From Chlorobiota bacterium (GTDB taxonomy: Bacteria; Bacteroidota; Ignavibacteria; Kapaibacteriales; NICIL-2), in NCBI GenBank assembly GCA_026415505.1, contig JAOAGY010000031.1, forward strand, positions 13,163 through 77,162: DNA of 64,000 nt. The letters run 5' to 3'. Positions within the stretch are counted from its first letter, which is position 1; every line of letters begins with the position of its first letter. Shown here piece after piece: positions 37,768 to 50,036 of this stretch. The notes under the pieces are model-generated. The model was not told the DNA's origin. It saw only the letters and a list, made by a program, of their open reading frames with translations, and did no database searches. The translations under genes were made by a program, and so were the position numbers.

Positions 37768-39927
37768 ATGAGCTCGATTGCAGTTGTAGTCTTCACGGCC
37801 GTGGCGGTAGCGACACTGAGCGCTCAGCCGCTGCCGCGCAAACCATGGTTGTACGTCGGCGGCTGGGCTGCGTACCAGAACAACATTCAATCGGCAGATT
37901 TCCAATCGTTGCCGAACGCCTTCCGCTGCGGACCGAACTATACGACAGGCACCGGCGGTGTCGGCTCTATCGGTGTGCTGGCGACCTATCCGCTCGGCGA
38001 TGTCGTCACCGTCGAATTTCGTGCCGGCTATGCGCCACTGAGTGGGAGACTGTTCCGCAACGAAACGATCGGCAACACAGCCGAGATCGGCGGTTCCAAC
38101 CAAACGACAACCGTCGAAGCAATACACGAACTCTTCACGACGTTCCCGGCATTGACGGCAGAACCGATCATCGGCGGTGTGCTCTTTCGGCGGGTGAGAG
38201 TGGGAATCGGAGTGCGCATGTCGTATCTGCTCGACAACTCGTTCCGCCAGCTCGAAACGCTGACGCAGCCGGATTACGTGTTTTACCTTCCCGACTCCTC
38301 GCGCACGCGCAATCGTGTGAGCGGTGCTGTCGGCAACCTCTACCGCGCGCAGTTCCACTTGAGTTTTTCGGCGGGTGTCGATTTTCCGCTCAGCGACGAG
38401 CTGACGGTCACGCCAGAGCTGCGCTACTACTATCCGCTGACGCCCGTCACGCGCGACGTTCAATGGCAAATTGCGCCGATCGCGATCGGTGCAGCCGTTC
38501 GATATGCGCTCTATCCGCCACCGCCCCCACGCTACTTTTTCGACACGGTGTACGTGCGCGATACCAGCACGATCGCGGTCATCGGCTTGGAACGGGAAGA
38601 AATCACGCGCATCGCAGCCGAAAGCACGACCACTCGCCGTGAGGAAAAACAAGGCGAACAACTGCTCGTGTACTCGACGACGACCGTTACCGAGCGCTAC
38701 GAACGCCGCGTGCCGCGAGCAGCATTGCTGACGCTCGACGTTGCAGTTCGTCCGCTCGATGCCAGCGGATCGCCGCTCGATAGCGTGGCACGCGTCGTCA
38801 TCGAAGAGACCGAGGTCGAAGAAAGCTTCCCGCTCTTGCCACAGGTGTTCTTCCCCGAAGCAAGCTCGACGCTCGAGCTGAGCCGTTTGCAATTGATCGA
38901 GCCTGCCGATACAGCAAGCTTCGACGAAAAGCGTCTGCCGCCGGCGACTCTCGACATTTATCGCCACTTGCTCAACATCGTCGGTAGCCGCCTGCGACGC
39001 TATCCCGATGCCAAACTCACCGTGATCGGCACAAATGCCAACGTCGGTCCGGAAGCAGGTAATCTGGCGCTGTCGCAGGCACGCGCAGCGGCAGTTCGAG
39101 ACTACTTGGTTCGCGTCTGGGGTATCGAGCCGAGCCGTATCGCCATCAGAGCGCGCAATCTTCCCGCGTCGCCGTCGAACAACACAACGCCGGAAGGTCA
39201 AGAGGAAAATCGCCGTGCCGAGCTTGTCGCGAGCAAGCCGGAGATACTGCGTCCGGTGACGATCTCGAACGTCAGCGTCAGTGCCAATCCGCCGCTGGTC
39301 GAGTTCGTCCCACGTGTGCAATCGGAAGCGGGGCTGGTCGCCTGGAAAGCGACGATCGAACAGGAGGGCAAAACGATCCGCACGCTCCAAGGGCAGTCCG
39401 ATCCAGAGCCGTATCGCTGGAACGTCACCGAGCAGCCGTATCCGAGAATGGACAAGCCCGTGACGGTGACCTACACGGTTCGCGACCGCACCGGACAAAC
39501 GATGGACAAATCGCTGCAACTCGACGTCGAGCAATTGACCGTTCGCCAAAAGCGCTTCGAACAACGCGACGACAAACGCATTGACCGATTCTCGCTGATC
39601 GTGTTCGACTTCAACAAAGCCGACTTGACACCGGCGCATCGCGAGTTGCTCTCGGAAGTCAAATCGCGCATACAGCCGCAATCGAAAGTCGTCATCGCCG
39701 GCTATGCCGACCGCAGCGGCGATCCGGACTACAATCGCGAGTTGGCGCGGCGACGGTGCGTGGAAGTGCAGCGTGCGCTCGGGCTGCCCGATGCGGCGGT
39801 GACGATCGTTCCCAAGGGCAGCGACGAACTGCTCTACGACAACGCGACACCGGAAGGTCGCTCGTACTGCCGCACCGTCCAAATCACCATCGAAACGCCG
39901 ATCGCCAATGGCGGTGCAAAACAGTAG
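37768..39927 (+). CDS. OmpA-family protein with N-terminal beta-barrel-like region and two OmpA-like peptidoglycan-binding domains
   Basis: Signal peptide SIAVVVFTAVAVATLSAQ. Two C-terminal OmpA-like domains (NRRAELV and GYADRSGDPDYNRELARRRCVEVQRAL). Confidence 0.75.
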   Translation: MSSIAVVVFTAVAVATLSAQPLPRKPWLYVGGWAAYQNNIQSADFQSLPNAFRCGPNYTTGTGGVGSIGVLATYPLGDVVTVEFRAGYAPLSGRLFRNETIGNTAEIGGSNQTTTVEAIHELFTTFPALTAEPIIGGVLFRRVRVGIGVRMSYLLDNSFRQLETLTQPDYVFYLPDSSRTRNRVSGAVGNLYRAQFHLSFSAGVDFPLSDELTVTPELRYYYPLTPVTRDVQWQIAPIAIGAAVRYALYPPPPPRYFFDTVYVRDTSTIAVIGLEREEITRIAAESTTTRREEKQGEQLLVYSTTTVTERYERRVPRAALLTLDVAVRPLDASGSPLDSVARVVIEETEVEESFPLLPQVFFPEASSTLELSRLQLIEPADTASFDEKRLPPATLDIYRHLLNIVGSRLRRYPDAKLTVIGTNANVGPEAGNLALSQARAAAVRDYLVRVWGIEPSRIAIRARNLPASPSNNTTPEGQEENRRAELVASKPEILRPVTISNVSVSANPPLVEFVPRVQSEAGLVAWKATIEQEGKTIRTLQGQSDPEPYRWNVTEQPYPRMDKPVTVTYTVRDRTGQTMDKSLQLDVEQLTVRQKRFEQRDDKRIDRFSLIVFDFNKADLTPAHRELLSEVKSRIQPQSKVVIAGYADRSGDPDYNRELARRRCVEVQRALGLPDAAVTIVPKGSDELLYDNATPEGRSYCRTVQITIETPIANGGAKQ

Positions 39928-40843
39928 TCGGCGCATCGCCGGTACTCTCGTCGCAATAGTCGCGACACTCGCACTTTCGACGTGTTCGACGCTCGATCCT
40001 GTGGTACGAGAGCGCATGGAACGCACGCGCGCGATACTCGCCGGCGCCGACGAACGCTTCGCACCGACGGTCTATCGCTTGCTCGAGCGCGGCGTGGATT
40101 CAGCATTTCTTGCCACGGCGTTCCATCATCCCAACACGACGTTCATCCCCGAAATGCTCGCCATCAACGTGACGGGCTTTTTGCGGAAGGTGGATTATTC
40201 GCCGAATTGGAGCGAGGCATCCATCCGTGCATGCCGTGTGTTCATGGACTCCAACCGTGTCGTGCTCGATAGCGTCGCTCGTCTCTACGGTGTGCCGCCG
40301 GAAATCATCACGGCTGTGCTGTGGGTCGAAACGAAGTTCGGTCGCCACACGGGACGCCACCACGTGTGGAGCGTCTATGCGACGCTGGCGACAGCCGATC
40401 AACCGGAAAACATTCGCGCCAATCAGCGCAGTTACCGAGATACCATCGCCGACGAACGGCGACTGGCAATGCTCGATTCGCTCGTCGAGGTGCGTTCGCG
40501 ACGCAAAGCTGCGTGGGCGCTCGATCAACTTGTAACGCTCGCCGATCTTGCACGCGACTCGACGCTCGACGTGCTCGAACTTCGCGGTTCGTGGGCGGGT
40601 GCCTTCGGTCTGCCGCAGTTCATCCCGACCAGCTACCGCCGATGGGCGCGCGATGGCAACGGCGACGGTCGCACAGATTTGTTCGATACAGCCGATGCGA
40701 TTGCGAGCGTCGCAAACTATCTTCGTGCCAACGGCTGGGGCGACGAGCGCTCCGAACAAGAAGCGGCACTGTTCCACTACAACAACAGCCGCGATTACGT
40801 CGAATGCATTCTCACTGTCGCCGACAAGCTCCGGATGCGGTAG
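39908..40843 (+). CDS. lytic murein transglycosylase (MltB family)
   Basis: WVETKFGRHTG...GSWAGAFGLPQFIPTSY...DGNGDGRTDLF are MltB/SLT domain 2 motifs. Lipobox-like LALSTCST. Confidence 0.75.
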   Translation: MAVQNSSRRIAGTLVAIVATLALSTCSTLDPVVRERMERTRAILAGADERFAPTVYRLLERGVDSAFLATAFHHPNTTFIPEMLAINVTGFLRKVDYSPNWSEASIRACRVFMDSNRVVLDSVARLYGVPPEIITAVLWVETKFGRHTGRHHVWSVYATLATADQPENIRANQRSYRDTIADERRLAMLDSLVEVRSRRKAAWALDQLVTLADLARDSTLDVLELRGSWAGAFGLPQFIPTSYRRWARDGNGDGRTDLFDTADAIASVANYLRANGWGDERSEQEAALFHYNNSRDYVECILTVADKLRMR

Positions 40844-40916
40844 TGCAACAATCGGCGTAGCCATCCGTACATGCTCGGCGGCGGCAAATCGTGTCGAACA
40901 ACCTGCTGAAAAACGC

Positions 40917-41615
40917 ATGCGTGTGCTTATTCTGCTGATCGCTGCAGCGTCGGCATTGTGGTCGCAAGACGTCGAACGCATCGTCGCGCGTTACACTCGT
41001 GCGCTCGGCGATGCGACGAAACTGGAGCGCCTGCGCTCGTTGAGTCTTGTCGGCAAAATGAGCAGCGCCGATGGCTCGTGGAAACGCAGCTTCCGTGCGT
41101 GGTTCGCCGGCGACAAAGTGCGCACGGAACTGACGCTCCAGCCGGGAATCGTCGCCACCACATGGACCGATGGAACCAGCGGCTGGAGCATTCAGCCCTG
41201 GACGCAATCGCTCGTGCCACAGCCCATCAACAAAGCAGCTCTGTGGCGACTCGGTGCGATGGCGCATGTGTGGCGCAACGATTTGCTCGATCTCCAGCGA
41301 CGAAAAACGCTCGAATACATCGGGACCGAGGAACTCGATGACTCCGACTGCGACAAGCTCCGCAGCCGCCACAGCGACGGCTCGGTCTGGACGTACTATC
41401 TCGATCCCGATCTCGGCTTGCTCGTCAAAGTCACTGCCGAAGCGGAAATCGGCGGCGAAGCCGTTCAGTGGAGCGCAACGTTCGGCAACTACCAACGCAT
41501 CGAGGGTGTGATGCTGCCGACCGTACTCGAAACATCGAGCGGGACGATACTGGTCGAGCAGTACGGGCTCGATGAGCCGCTCGATGCTACGTTGTTCGCC
41601 CCGCCTGCCAAGTGA
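40917..41615 (+). CDS. secreted hypothetical protein
   Basis: 232 aa. Signal peptide MRVLILLIAAASALWSQD. Beta-rich. No recognisable motif. Confidence 0.45.
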   Translation: MRVLILLIAAASALWSQDVERIVARYTRALGDATKLERLRSLSLVGKMSSADGSWKRSFRAWFAGDKVRTELTLQPGIVATTWTDGTSGWSIQPWTQSLVPQPINKAALWRLGAMAHVWRNDLLDLQRRKTLEYIGTEELDDSDCDKLRSRHSDGSVWTYYLDPDLGLLVKVTAEAEIGGEAVQWSATFGNYQRIEGVMLPTVLETSSGTILVEQYGLDEPLDATLFAPPAK

Positions 41616-41631
41616 AACCAACGACACGACG

Positions 41632-44600
41632 ATGATGAAACGTTCTGCTTCTGCACTGTTGATTGCTGTCGCGGTGTCGGCGACGGCACAAACGCTGACG
41701 CCTGCGGTTTTCGGTAACCTGTCGCCGCGTGCCGTCGGTCCGGCGACGAGTTCCGGACGCATCACGGCGATCGAAGCGGTGTACGTGCCGCTCGATTCGC
41801 TCCATCCCAACGACCGGCGACTGGTGATTTACGTCGGTTCGGCTGCTGGCGGTGTGTTCAAATCGCGCGACGGCGGTATGACGTTCGAGCCGATCTTCGA
41901 CAAACAGGAATGCCAGTCCATCGGTGCAATGGCGCTCGATCCGCGTCATCGCGATTCGGTGCTCTGGGTCGGTACGGGCGAATCGAACGTGCGCAACAGT
42001 GTCTCGATCGGTTGTGGGCTCTTTCGTACCGACGATGGCGGCAAGACGTGGAAGAAAGTCGGATTCGACAGCGTCGAACGCATCGCCAAGATCGCACTCG
42101 ATCCGAAAAACCCCGACCGCATTTTCGTCGCAGCGCTCGGTGCGCTCTGGAGCGATTCGCCGCATCGCGGTTTGTATCGCTCGACCGATGGCGGCAAAAC
42201 ATTCGAGCGCGTGCTCTACGTGGACGACAAAACCGGCTGTGCCGATGTTGTGGTAGACCCCGCCGATCCACGCATCGTCTATGCAGCAATGTGGCAATTC
42301 CGCCGCAAAGCGTACTCGTTTTCGTCGGGCGGTCCGGGGAGCGGCTTGTACAAATCCACCGACGGCGGGACGACGTGGCGAAAGCTGACGACCGATTTGC
42401 CCAGCGGCGATTTAGGGCGCATCGTGCTGGCGATTGCACCGTCCAATCCGGCGATCGTCTATGCGATGGTCGAAGCGAAAGAAAGCGCGCTCTATCGCTC
42501 CACTGATCGCGGAGAGCACTGGGAGCGTCGCTCGTCGGCAGTCAATGTCACGGCGCGCCCGTTCTACTTTTCCGCGATGGCGCTCGACCCATACGATCCC
42601 GATCGCGTCTATCGGCTGACGTTCCAGCTCGCCATCAGCGACGATGGAGGCAAAACCTTCAACACGTTTTCCTACGGTGGTGCGCTGCATCCCGACCATC
42701 ACGCATTCTGGATCGATCCGCTCAACCCGCAGCACTTGCTCATCGGTACCGACGGCGGCGTCTACGAGAGTTTCGATCGCGGGCAGACGTGGCGCATGTT
42801 CCGGAATCTGCCGCTGTCGCAGTTCTACCGGATCAGCTACGACTTCGACGATCCCTACAACATCATGGGCGGCTTGCAGGACAACGGCTCGTGGATGGCG
42901 CCGCATCGCGTGCGCGGCGGTGCAATCACCAACTGCGACTGGCAGCCGACCGGGTGGGGCGATGGTTTCGCCGTCGTGCGGGATCGTGTGCGTCCGGAGT
43001 TCATCTACTTCGAATCGCAAGGTGGTGAAGCAGTGCGGCGCAATCTTCGCACAAACGAAACCCGCTCGATCCAGCCGCGTGCCGGTGCGAACGAGCCGAA
43101 GCTCCGCTTCAACTGGAACACACCGATCGTCGTCAGCAACGCTAACCCACGCTACCTCTACATCGGCTCGCAGTACCTGCATCGCTCGACCGATCACGGC
43201 GCAACATGGCAGCGGCTCTCGCCCGATCTGACCACCAACGACTCGACCAAGTACAATCCGCAGGAAAGCGGGGGCGTCACACGCGACAACACCAGTGCCG
43301 AAAACCACTGCACGATTTACACCATCGCCGATTCGCCGCTCGACGAACGCATCGTCTGGGTCGGAACCGACGACGGCAATCTGCAACTGACGACCGACGG
43401 CGGCAAGACATGGACGAATCTTCGCTCTCGTTTGCCGCGCTCGCTGCCGGAAGGAACCTGGGTCAGTTGTGTCGAACCGAGCCGTCACGACGTGCGGACG
43501 TGCTTTGTCACGTTCGACAACCACACGCGCGGAGACATGACGCCCTACGTCTATCGCACGACGGACTTGGGGCGCTCGTGGCAACGGCTTTCGACCGACA
43601 GCGTTCGCGGTTTTGCGCACGTGGTTCGTCAGGACCCGGTCAATCCGAACCTGCTGTTTGTCGGCACCGAACTCGGATTGTTCGTCTCGCTCGACGGTGG
43701 CAAGAGCTTCGCCCGCTTCAAGGCGATTCCTGCCGCGCCGGTGCGCGACGTTCAAATCCATCCGCGCGAGCACGATTTGATCGTCGCAACGCACGGCAGA
43801 GGTGCCTACATCCTCGACGACATCACACCGCTTCGCTCGCTTCGACCGACGATGCTCGACAGCGAAATCGTCATGCTGCCGGTGCGCCCGACGGTGCAGC
43901 GATTCGAAAGCGGCTTTCAGGAATTCAGCGGTTCGGACAATTACGTTGCGCCCTCGCCGAGCGACGAAGCGCAGTTCGCTTACTACCTGCGCTCGCGACA
44001 TCTGATCGGCGACATGCGCATCGAGATTCTCGACTCGACGGGGAAAGTCATCGCGACCGTTCCACCAGGCAAGCGAAAAGGCATCAACCGCATCGGCTGG
44101 GGAATGCGAACGAACCCACCGCGTGTGGCGCGATCGCCGAATCCTGGCGGTGGCTCGTTCGGACCGACGGTACTGCCGGGCACCTATACCGTGCGTATCA
44201 GCAAAGGCGATCGTGTCGTGACCTCGGAGCTGCGCATTCTCCACGACACCAGCGCTGGGCTGACACTGGCAGAACGACGCGCGAACTTTGCAGCCTCGAT
44301 GCGCCTCTACGGGCTGATCGAAGAAACTGCGTTCGTCGTCGAGCGGATACTGACGCTGCGCGACTCGCTCCGTGCACGCGCTGCCGGTGTCGGCGGTCCG
44401 CTGGCAGCAAGGATGCGTGCCGCTGCCGAGCGACTCGATTCGGCGTACTACACGCTCGTTGCACGAAAGGCATCGCTTTTCGCCGATACCGAACCGCAAC
44501 TCCGCGAAAAGCTGGCTGATCTCTACGGTGCCATCGCGTCGTACCCTGGCGCGCCGTCGGACGAGCAGATGCGGCTTATCGAAGAGTACGCCGGCAAAGT

Positions 44601-44736
44601 CGCCGAAGCGGGGCGCTGGTTCGAACGTTTTACGAGCGATACACTTGCGCCGATTGCTGCACAACTCCGTGCCAGCGGCTTGCCGCCTATCCCCGTGCTG
44701 ACACGCGAGCAGTTCGATCGTGCCGTCGCCTATTAG
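41632..44736 (+). CDS. BNR/Asp-box repeat beta-propeller protein (sortilin/Vps10-like glycosyl-hydrolase-like fold) with C-terminal helical extension
   Basis: Signal peptide. Many S/T-x-D-x-G-x-T-W/F Asp-box motifs (SRDGGMTFE, TDDGGKTWK, STDGGKTFE, STDGGTTWR, STDRGEHWE, SDDGGKTFN, SFDRGQTWR, STDHGATWQ, TTDGGKTWT, TTDLGRSWQ, SLDGGKSFA). The last 250 aa are helical with no repeats. Confidence 0.75.
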   Translation: MMKRSASALLIAVAVSATAQTLTPAVFGNLSPRAVGPATSSGRITAIEAVYVPLDSLHPNDRRLVIYVGSAAGGVFKSRDGGMTFEPIFDKQECQSIGAMALDPRHRDSVLWVGTGESNVRNSVSIGCGLFRTDDGGKTWKKVGFDSVERIAKIALDPKNPDRIFVAALGALWSDSPHRGLYRSTDGGKTFERVLYVDDKTGCADVVVDPADPRIVYAAMWQFRRKAYSFSSGGPGSGLYKSTDGGTTWRKLTTDLPSGDLGRIVLAIAPSNPAIVYAMVEAKESALYRSTDRGEHWERRSSAVNVTARPFYFSAMALDPYDPDRVYRLTFQLAISDDGGKTFNTFSYGGALHPDHHAFWIDPLNPQHLLIGTDGGVYESFDRGQTWRMFRNLPLSQFYRISYDFDDPYNIMGGLQDNGSWMAPHRVRGGAITNCDWQPTGWGDGFAVVRDRVRPEFIYFESQGGEAVRRNLRTNETRSIQPRAGANEPKLRFNWNTPIVVSNANPRYLYIGSQYLHRSTDHGATWQRLSPDLTTNDSTKYNPQESGGVTRDNTSAENHCTIYTIADSPLDERIVWVGTDDGNLQLTTDGGKTWTNLRSRLPRSLPEGTWVSCVEPSRHDVRTCFVTFDNHTRGDMTPYVYRTTDLGRSWQRLSTDSVRGFAHVVRQDPVNPNLLFVGTELGLFVSLDGGKSFARFKAIPAAPVRDVQIHPREHDLIVATHGRGAYILDDITPLRSLRPTMLDSEIVMLPVRPTVQRFESGFQEFSGSDNYVAPSPSDEAQFAYYLRSRHLIGDMRIEILDSTGKVIATVPPGKRKGINRIGWGMRTNPPRVARSPNPGGGSFGPTVLPGTYTVRISKGDRVVTSELRILHDTSAGLTLAERRANFAASMRLYGLIEETAFVVERILTLRDSLRARAAGVGGPLAARMRAAAERLDSAYYTLVARKASLFADTEPQLREKLADLYGAIASYPGAPSDEQMRLIEEYAGKVAEAGRWFERFTSDTLAPIAAQLRASGLPPIPVLTREQFDRAVAY

Positions 44737-44814
44737 CGGCGGCACTGCGGTATTTTTGCAGCCGCTGCCTCGCCTATACGGGTTGGGCGCAGACTCAAAT
44801 CACGTTCGCCTTCG

Positions 44815-47091
44815 ATGGAACCGCAACAGGTTGTGCAGACAATCCCCGAGCTCCGCTCGGAAATTCCCGTCACCGAAACGTTAGCGATCGAGCTGGGGTT
44901 GACCAGCCAGGAATACGCCCGCATCGTCGAGCTGCTCGGTCGTGTGCCGACGTACACCGAGTTGGGAATGTTCAGCGTCATGTGGAGCGAGCATTGCTCG
45001 TACAAAAACTCCCTGCTGATGCTCAAGACACTGCCGCGGAGCGGGGGACGCTTGCTCGTCGAGGCAGGAAAGGAGAACGCCGGACTCGTCGCGCTCGGCG
45101 ATGGCTATGCCGTCGCTTTCAAGATCGAATCGCACAACCATCCCTCGGCTGTCGAACCGTATCAGGGCGCAGCGACGGGTGTCGGCGGCATTCTGCGCGA
45201 CATATTCACGATGGGCGCGCGTCCGATCGCTGCACTCGACTCGCTACGCTTCGGTGATCCCGATCTGCCACGAACGAAATATCTCGTGCGCGGTGTCGTG
45301 CGCGGCATCGGCGACTACGGCAATTCGTTCGGTGTGCCGACCGTCGGCGGCGAAGTGTACTTCGACACATGCTACAACGACAATCCGCTCGTCAATGCGA
45401 TGGCGGTCGGATTGGTTCGTACCGATCGCATCGTGTCGTCGGTCGCACGCGGCGTCGGCAATCCGGTTATGATCATGGGATCGAGCACCGGTCGCGACGG
45501 CATTCACGGTGCATCGCTGCTGGCGTCGCGCGAATTCGACGAACACACCGACGACATGCGTCCGACCGTTCAGGTCGGCGATCCGTTCGCGGAAAAACTT
45601 TTGCTCGAAGCGGCGCTCGAATTGATCGAATCTGGCTGCGTTGTCGGCATGCAAGACATGGGCGCTGCAGGCATCACCTGTTCGACCAGCGAAATGAGCG
45701 CCAAAGGCGGTGTGGGGATGGACATAGATCTCGATCGTGTGCCGCTGCGCGAAGCCGACATGAGCGCCTACGAAATTTTGCTGAGCGAATCGCAAGAACG
45801 AATGCTCGTTGTCGTCGAGCGCGGCAAGGAAGCAATCGCCGAAGAAATCTGCCGAAAGTGGGACGTTCCACTCGTCGAGATCGGCGTCGTCACCGCAGAT
45901 GGTATGCTTCGCTTTTGGCGGCACGGCGAGTGTGTCGCCTGTGTTCCTGCCGATGCACTCGTCGTCGGCGGAGGAGCACCCGTCTATGAGCGCGAGTGGA
46001 AACAAGCGGCGTATCTGGAGCGCACGCGGTCGTTCGATCAAGCAGCGTTCGAGCGCATGCATTCCGATCGCGACCCGGCTGCGTTGCTCCTCGAATTGCT
46101 CTCGCGTCCGACGATCGCCTCGAAACGGTGGGTGTACGAGCAGTACGATCGCCACGTCGGCACGAACACGATCGAACGTTCGTGCGATGCAGCGATCGTG
46201 CGCATCAAGGAGCTGCCGGGCAAAGCGCTCGCGCTGACGACCGATTGCAACAGTCGCTACGTCTATCTCGATCCGCACGTCGGTGCGATGATCGCCGTTG
46301 CCGAAGCCGCACGCAACTGCGTGTGTGCCGGTGCCGAGCCGGTCGCCATCACCAACTGCTTGAACTTCGGCAATCCTTACGATCCCGAAGTGTACTGGCA
46401 GTTCCGCCAAGCAGTGCTCGGCATGGGGGAAATGTGCCGCATGCTCGGCACGCCCGTCACCGGCGGGAACGTGAGCTTCTACAACGAATCGCAGTCGCAC
46501 GCGATCTACCCGACGCCGACGATCGGTATGCTCGGCATCGTCGAATCGCTCGACCACATAACGCCATCGGGCTTCCAGTGCGAGGGCGATCGAGTGTACT
46601 TGCTCGGATGGCAAAGCGATCGTCTCGACGGCAGCGAGGTGGTGGTCGTTCTGACGGGCGAACCGCTCGGCTCGGCGCCGCCGTTCGATCCGGAGCGCGA
46701 AGTGCGTTTGCAAAAAGCATTGCTGGAAGCGATACGCTGCGGTGCTGTTCGCTCGGCGCACGACACAGCCGAAGGCGGATTGGGCATCGCGCTCGCCGAG
46801 GCGGCGATAGCAGGGAATGTCGGTGCGCACATTCGGTTGCCGTTCGTTCCGACGCTGGGCAATCTCTTCGGCGAGGCGCAATCGCGCGTGATCGTCAGTG
46901 TGCCGCCGGAGTCAGTCCAGACGTTCGAGCAGATATGCGATCGCCACAACGTCCCTGCACGGGCGCTCGGCACGACGGGAGGCGATCGGCTCTCGATCGA
47001 AGACGTCGGGGAATGGTCGCTCGACCAGCTCCGATCGGCGTGGGAAGAAGTTCTGCCGCGACTGTTCGACACAGCCGCTGTTCCACACTGA
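44815..47091 (+). CDS. purL: phosphoribosylformylglycinamidine synthase subunit PurL
   Basis: Canonical PurL sequence ([18 protein letters not shown], two AIRS-like domains). Confidence 0.9.
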   Translation: MEPQQVVQTIPELRSEIPVTETLAIELGLTSQEYARIVELLGRVPTYTELGMFSVMWSEHCSYKNSLLMLKTLPRSGGRLLVEAGKENAGLVALGDGYAVAFKIESHNHPSAVEPYQGAATGVGGILRDIFTMGARPIAALDSLRFGDPDLPRTKYLVRGVVRGIGDYGNSFGVPTVGGEVYFDTCYNDNPLVNAMAVGLVRTDRIVSSVARGVGNPVMIMGSSTGRDGIHGASLLASREFDEHTDDMRPTVQVGDPFAEKLLLEAALELIESGCVVGMQDMGAAGITCSTSEMSAKGGVGMDIDLDRVPLREADMSAYEILLSESQERMLVVVERGKEAIAEEICRKWDVPLVEIGVVTADGMLRFWRHGECVACVPADALVVGGGAPVYEREWKQAAYLERTRSFDQAAFERMHSDRDPAALLLELLSRPTIASKRWVYEQYDRHVGTNTIERSCDAAIVRIKELPGKALALTTDCNSRYVYLDPHVGAMIAVAEAARNCVCAGAEPVAITNCLNFGNPYDPEVYWQFRQAVLGMGEMCRMLGTPVTGGNVSFYNESQSHAIYPTPTIGMLGIVESLDHITPSGFQCEGDRVYLLGWQSDRLDGSEVVVVLTGEPLGSAPPFDPEREVRLQKALLEAIRCGAVRSAHDTAEGGLGIALAEAAIAGNVGAHIRLPFVPTLGNLFGEAQSRVIVSVPPESVQTFEQICDRHNVPARALGTTGGDRLSIEDVGEWSLDQLRSAWEEVLPRLFDTAAVPH

Positions 47092-47107
47092 TTACCGAAA
47101 ATTAGCG

Positions 47108-49675
<2,568 letters not shown>

Positions 49676-49679
49676 TCCT

Positions 49680-50027
49680 ATGCCATACGAAGCGGTCGGA
49701 ACGCTCTACAAAGTGTTCCCAGAACAACAGGTGACCGAGAGATTCCGCAAACGCGAGTTCGTCTTGAGCATCCAAGACGGCATGTACGTGCAGCAGGTGA
49801 AATTCACGCTCAAACAGGATCGTTGCTTGCTCATCGAAGGCTACACGGTCGGCTCCGAATTGAAAGTGACGTTCTCGCTCAGCGGGCGCGAAGTACAGGG
49901 GCGCGACGGCGAGCCGATATACTTCACCAGTCTCGATGTGTGGAAAATCGAGCCGCTGTCGGCATCGCCGGCGAGCGATCCCTTCGCCGACAGCGATTTC
50001 GATTCGAACGACGAAGTTCCATTTTAG
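49680..50027 (+). CDS. DUF3127-like small conserved protein
   Basis: 115 aa. GTLYKVFPEQQVTERFRKREFVLSIQDGMYVQQVKF matches the DUF3127 pattern from memory. Confidence 0.55.
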   Translation: MPYEAVGTLYKVFPEQQVTERFRKREFVLSIQDGMYVQQVKFTLKQDRCLLIEGYTVGSELKVTFSLSGREVQGRDGEPIYFTSLDVWKIEPLSASPASDPFADSDFDSNDEVPF

Positions 50028-50036
50028 GCACCCGTC

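Noticed and set aside
37648-40026. 792-aa minus-strand ORF covering the OmpA-family and MltB region.
   Set aside because: The plus-strand ORFs contain canonical OmpA-like (NRRAELV, GYADRSGDPDYN) and MltB motifs. The minus-strand translation is Arg/Ala-rich with no motifs.
42412-44745. 777-aa antisense ORF over the BNR-propeller gene.
   Set aside because: The sense strand has 11 Asp-box repeats. The antisense product has no features.
44737-44814. Imperfect GC-rich hairpin with a T-run in its loop after the BNR-propeller gene. Possible terminator.
   Set aside because: The T-tract is in the loop, not 3' of the stem, and the stem has several mismatches. It is not convincing as an intrinsic terminator.
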